DNA of 55,434 bases, the filler included, from Squatina squatina (taxonomy: Eukaryota), in the NCBI GenBank assembly GCA_031763465.1. It is 3 parts of 3 records of this genome, joined end to end, with 100 filler letters (N's around TTAATTAATTAA, not from the genome) between each part and the next. Parts side by side here need not be neighbours in the genome. Positions count along the whole stretch, not along the records: positions 33,840 to 55,434 come from JARFOE010000013.1; 2 more parts are not named here. One strand, written 5' to 3'. Both the position numbers and the translations under genes were made by a program. Shown piece after piece: positions 50,567-55,434 of this stretch. The notes under the pieces are model-generated. The model was not told the DNA's origin. It was given only the letters and a program-made list of their open reading frames with translations, and ran no database searches. Each line of letters starts with the position of its first letter. Position 1 is the stretch's first letter.

Positions 50567-51178
50567 GTGGGCTAAAAATTCGATTATGCCAGAAAACAGG
50601 CATAGAGATCGCGATGTAGCTGAACGATCAGAAGGTGACTGAAGTCCGTGCGAGGCTAGCTCTATTTAAAGTTAGCCTCCACTTTCAAAGGCAGGCTGCA
50701 TCTCTTAAAGCTGAGGTGCATGCAGCAGCTGCTGAAAGTGCATGTGAAGGAAACTGTGAGTAAGTCACTTATGGCTCAAAAGGGCAGAGAAAGGGCACCA
50801 AGGTTCTCGGAAGCAGCACTAGAGACCATAGTTGAGGGGTAGAATGGAGAAGACAGGTCCTCTCGCCGCAGTGAGCCAGAAGGCCTTCTAGACACACAGT
50901 CAGAAGGCAGCGGGAGCAGATAGCCAAAGCGGTCACTGCCAGCAGGCGTGCCCCGAGGACCTGGATCCAGTGCCGACAGAAGTTCAATGACCTCACACGA
51001 GTCGTCTCCCACCAACTGCACCACTATCCTCACACACTGTTCAATTCACCACTCCCCCATCACTCGCCATCCAACATTATCTATCAATCACGACTCATAC
51101 CTCACACTTACAGTTTCACCTCACCCTCACACACTTACCGCAGCTGCAAGCCTCACACCCACATCTCACAGCTCGCAT
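50567..51178 (+). mobile_element. PIF/Harbinger element with decayed Myb/SANT-like DNA-binding domain
   Basis: From ATG 50771: MAQKGRERAPRFSEAALETIVEG /frameshift/ VEWRRQVLSPQ*ARRPSRHTVRRQREQIAKAVTASRRAPRTWIQCRQKFNDLTRV. RT..QC..KF.DL is the Myb/SANT-like helix 3. An AC-rich intron-like tract follows. Confidence 0.75.
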
Positions 51179-51279
51179 NNNNNNNNNNNNNNNNNNNNNN
51201 NNNNNNNNNNNNNNNNNNNNNNNNNNNNNNNNNNNNNNNNNNNNNNNNNNNNNNNNNNNNNNNNNNNNNNNNNNNNNNA

Positions 51280-51922
51280 TGCTGCTCCCTACATTTTTCT
51301 TGGACTTGCCGCGCGGTGAAGACCATGTCCTCTTAATGGGCGGAATCGCATTGTGACTCTGGGAGGAGCTCTTCAATCACTGGGAGAAAACGGTTGAGGA
51401 GGATTCTGGCGAAGACTTTCCCTTTGGCAGACAGCAGGGAGACTCCTTTGTATTTACCGCAATCATACTTGTCTTCTTTCTTGAAGATGGTCATGATCAC
51501 AGTATCTGAGATCCCCTGGTTGCTCTCCTCCTTCCAGGTAAGGGAGATGAGGTCATGGATTTGTGCCAAGAGTACTTCTCCGCCGTGTTTTAGTACTTCA
51601 GCGGGGATTTTGTCTGCTGCGGAGGCCTTGTTATTTTTCAGCTGTTGGATGGCCTTTTCAACCTCCTGTCTGTGCCAAGATAATGGCGTGTAGCATGTTG
51701 TGGTATGGAGTCAAGGACACTCACTTTGAAGACAGTGTCTTGGTTGAGGAGATCTTCAAAGTGCTCCTTCCAGCGGGTACTGACTGCCTCTCCGTTGTTG
51801 TCGCACAGCGGGGTAGGTCCTTGGGTGCTTTGGCTGTAGATGGTCTTGACTACAGTGAAGAATCCATGCACGTCTTGGTTGTTGGCCAGTTGTTGGATCT
51901 CCTGTGCTCTTTCCACCCACCA
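51280..51922 (-). mobile_element. RTE-clade LINE ORF2 fragment
   Basis: WWVERAQEIQQLA..RWKEHFEDLLN..TIFKKEDKYDCGKYKGVSLLSAKGKVFARILLNR...EELLPESQC, with frameshifts. Confidence 0.9.
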
Positions 51923-52022
51923 NNNNNNNNNNNNNNNNNNNNNNNNNNNNNNNNNNNNNNNNNNNNNNNNNNNNNNNNNNNNNNNNNNNNNNNNNNNNNN
52001 NNNNNNNNNNNNNNNNNNNNNN

Positions 52023-52610
52023 AAGGCCAGCATTTATTGTCCATCCTTAATTGTCCTTGAGAAGGTGGTGATGAGCCACTTTCTTGAACTGCTGCAGTCC
52101 TTGTGGTGAAGGTACTCCCACACTGCTGTTAGAAAGGGAGTTCCAGAATTTTGAGCCAGAGACGATAAAGGAATGAGGGTATATTTCCAAGTCAGGACGG
52201 GAACTTGGAGGTGATGGTGTTCCCATGCACCTGCTGCCCTTGTCCTTCTTGGTGGTAGAGGGCGCGGGTTTGGGAAGTGCTGCCAAAGAAGCCTTGGCGA
52301 GTGGCTGCAGTGCATCTTGTAGATGGTACTCACTGCTGCCACGGTGCATGGAGGAGGGAGTGAATGTTGCAGGGAGTAGATGGGGTACCAATCAAGCGGG
52401 CTGCTTTGTTCTGGATGGTGTTGAGCTTCTTGAGTGTTGTTGGAACTGCACTTATCCAGGCAAGTGGAGAGTATTCTATCACACTCCTGACTTGTGCCTT
52501 GTAGTTGGAGGAAAGGCTTTGGGGAGTCAGGAGGTGAGACACTCATCGCAGGTTACCCAGCCTCTGACCTGCTTTTGTGGCCATAGTATTTAAATGGCTG
52601 GCTTAGTCCA
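52023..52610 (-). mobile_element. CR1/L2-group LINE 3' portion
   Basis: YKAQVRSVIEYSPLAW..KLNTIQNKAARLI and SKFWNSL motifs; 3' end ggatggacaataaatgctggcctt. Confidence 0.8.
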
Positions 52611-54329
52611 AGGTTGACTTCAGCAGAACATCTGGGAACTGTACTTGAATCATCTGGAACCCACAAACTCTGACAGATTCCCTCATTCAAAGTAGCAACA
52701 TTATGCATGTAGGTGCCTATTAAAGTGCAGTTGTTGTTGAGTATTTTTCTTTTCTTTATTTCCATGTCAGAATGCATTACACAATACTCCCCATTGCAGG
52801 TGGCCTGTTCAGAGTTCTTTGTCAATGTTACTCCTTAACTGATTATTAGTGGGTCCACAGTCAGAGGTAACAGTGAGTTAGCCTCAGATATTCACCTGCC
52901 TCTGTTGCACCTAGCCTCTGCAGTGTGCCCCCCATCACCAACACTAGAGCAGGTTGAGATCTCACCATGTTGCAAATCTTTGTGCACTGTCACTTCCTAG
53001 CATCCTATAGTGCAGTGCATTGGAGCATTAATATGCTGCATTACCAAGCTGCCAGTGAGACTTGATTTTCATATCACTATTTAATCTTCCAAATTAATAT
53101 TGTACCTCTGGATGTGCAGAAAGTTACTGTGAGCCTTCCTCCATATCTTGGATATATAAAAGAATGTTTACATAACTGGCCTCCAAATAGTGACTGGAAT
53201 TGTGATACTATTATTTGCAACGAACACAGTGATATTTTTACCATGTTAAAAAGTTTTGTGTCAAACAAATGGCAACTAAAAACAATTTGCAAAAAACTTT
53301 TGCTTTCAAAAACACTGCCTGTTTAATTCTGTCTGTTTCCAGAGACTTCATATCCAACCTGGCTTCATCTTGTTTGCCCAAGATAAGCGTTTGTTTTAGA
53401 TATGAAATGCAGGCATCTCCAGACTTTATCTGAAAACAATTAAAGGTCTGGTTTACTTGGATAAGAAGCATTTGTTCCATTGCTTCACAGATATCATATC
53501 TGAGTTGTACATAACAAAAACGTTTAGAGATTACATGATCAAAAGAACCCAAATACCTTTGAAGCGCATTTTTCTCAAAAGGGATGATTTTGAATTAGAT
53601 TATACACAGATTATCGAAAGGGGAGAACTATCGTGTTAAACTAATTACTCAAAGGTTATTGCAGCAAGCAAAAGTGTTTTATACCACTTGTACACTAGTG
53701 TCAGCTGTATTTTCATATCAATGTGAATTGCATTTTCATTGCCTACTACATCTCTGTAAAATTGAGGAAATCAGTTCTCTGTATATGTTCCCAAGTGTTT
53801 CCACAGAGCGAAGCTTGCCACTATTTTGATGCTGGTACAATGTTTCCTGGTTCAATAAAACCTGACAAAATGGTCAGCTCTTTTCAATAATTACAATGTA
53901 AATTACATTACATTAGGCCTCTGATGTTTGGTTAAGAAGCAAAACCACTTTTTTCAACAAATCTTTGCACCAGCACAATGGCAGGCAGAATTGAAGGATA
54001 CCAGACTAACAGGCTTCGGGATGTCTTAATTATATCCATTTCAATTATTCACTACTTTAAGAACTATATGTTATGAGGAATGAGAATCATTATTTACAGT
54101 AACAGTACCTAATTTCAAAATTACATACATCATGGCACACATCAATTGTTCTGTGTACAGTCACTTGAAAGGTTTAAATAAACTCCAAGAAACATTTTCA
54201 AAAAAAAGTTCTGAAGTAATTTGACAATTAAGGTTGTAATGTGAAGTCATAAACTGTGAAAGCACAATTTTGATACTTTACATAGTTTTTAGTCCTGATA
54301 CAAGAGCAAAATACTGCATATATTCTGAA

Positions 54330-54425
54330 AAAAACAGAACATTCTGCAACCACTCAGCAGAAACAGGTTCTCTTTCCACAGATGCTGTCTGACCTGTTGA
54401 GTATTTTCTGGCATTTTCTGTTTTT
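54330..54425. repeat. Short dispersed fold-back repeat
   Basis: cagatgctgtctgacctgttgagtattttctggcatttt recurs as cagatgctgactgacctgctatgtatttccagcat at ~23727-23760. Ends aaaaacagaa / ttctgttttt are inverted. Confidence 0.55.
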
Positions 54426-55434
54426 NNNNNNNNNNNNNNNNNNNNNNNNNNNNNNNNNNNNNNNNNNNNNNNNNNNNNNNNNNNNNNNNNNNNNNNNNNN
54501 NNNNNNNNNNNNNNNNNNNNNNNNNTGTGTGTCTGTTAAAATAGTGCCGGATCGCACTATAGGAGCTACTTTGATCGCAGCACTTCGGATGTGTGGTGTT
54601 TGCGAATTTGCAAAGTCGCTGACTGAAACGCTGCAATAGAAGAAACGAAATAAAGACCTCCCCAAAAGGAATATTTGAAACTGGAAATATGATCTAGCGA
54701 TATGCCACATTGTGTTTGCTTTTGCTAAAAGGGTAATTCTAAGGGCGCGGGTTTTTAAAAAAAAATATTCCTACATGTATAAAACGTTGCATAACATTTT
54801 GTGCATAGCTAGAGATATGCCTACGTGTTACTGCACAAAAAGAGGGAGATCCCTGCGTGATTCATCTCTTTTGGTCAGTAACATGAGTTGCAGCTTTGAT
54901 TGTTTCCCCATTGCCAGCAGTTCTGCAATGCGGTGGGTGTGGTGTGGAGTAAATGGCAGTTGTGGACCGCTGCAGTGACAGCATTCTCCGGACCGCATCG
55001 TGACTGAGAAAAGCTGCCGCCGACCCTGCCACCTTTTCCCACTTTATTCCCGCACCAGGCAGGGGGAAGGCTAAATTTCGCCCCTCTCCTCCTCACTGGT
55101 AAGTTTGTGGCAATATATGGTAGCCAGCAAGAGAAACCTTGAAAGTGGTCAGGAATCCATCTTTGGAAACTTGCATCACAGTTGATGCCTTTCAACTTTA
55201 GTGTGTTCCATATTTACAAACAAGGTGGCATTTCATTGTTTCCTTATTAAACATGTTAATTTTATACTTCGTTTTAAGATATTCTGTAGTCTGAGTACTT
55301 TACATTGCACAGAAGAAAGGCCAGTGATTAATCCAGGGCTGTTAAGATGCTGTTGCTCCAAGTCACTCTGCTACATGTAGCTAATTGTATCCTGCACCTT
55401 GCTTTAAATGTACCCAGGTTCCTTTTAAAACATT

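Overview
This is vertebrate genomic DNA, very probably from a cartilaginous fish (shark) judging by its repeat families, taken from a heavily gapped draft assembly. It is not one contiguous locus. Two identical 100-nt artificial spacers (44 N + TTAATTAATTAA + 44 N) at 20179-20278 and 33740-33839 join three separate scaffolds. Segment 1 (1-20178) has no gene I can recognise, only TE fragments (RTE, L2, CR1 ORF1, Tx1-like ORF1, MITEs). Segment 2 (20279-33739) carries eight GT-AG-bounded coding exons of the P4-ATPase ATP9A on the minus strand; two expected exons are absent and probably hidden in N-gaps. Segment 3 (33840-55434) carries the terminal SAM-domain exon of an L3MBTL gene (missed by the ORF track; L3MBTL4 by synteny) and, 8 kb downstream, the intact single coding exon of TMEM200C (523 aa). 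It also contains several decayed PIF/Harbinger elements encoding Myb/SANT-like proteins. I see no convincing evidence of a new biological system. The items most worth following up are the Harbinger Myb/SANT relics with their hairpin MITEs, the unlisted L3MBTL exon, and the concatenation artefact. Family names for repeats come from recalled motifs, not database searches.
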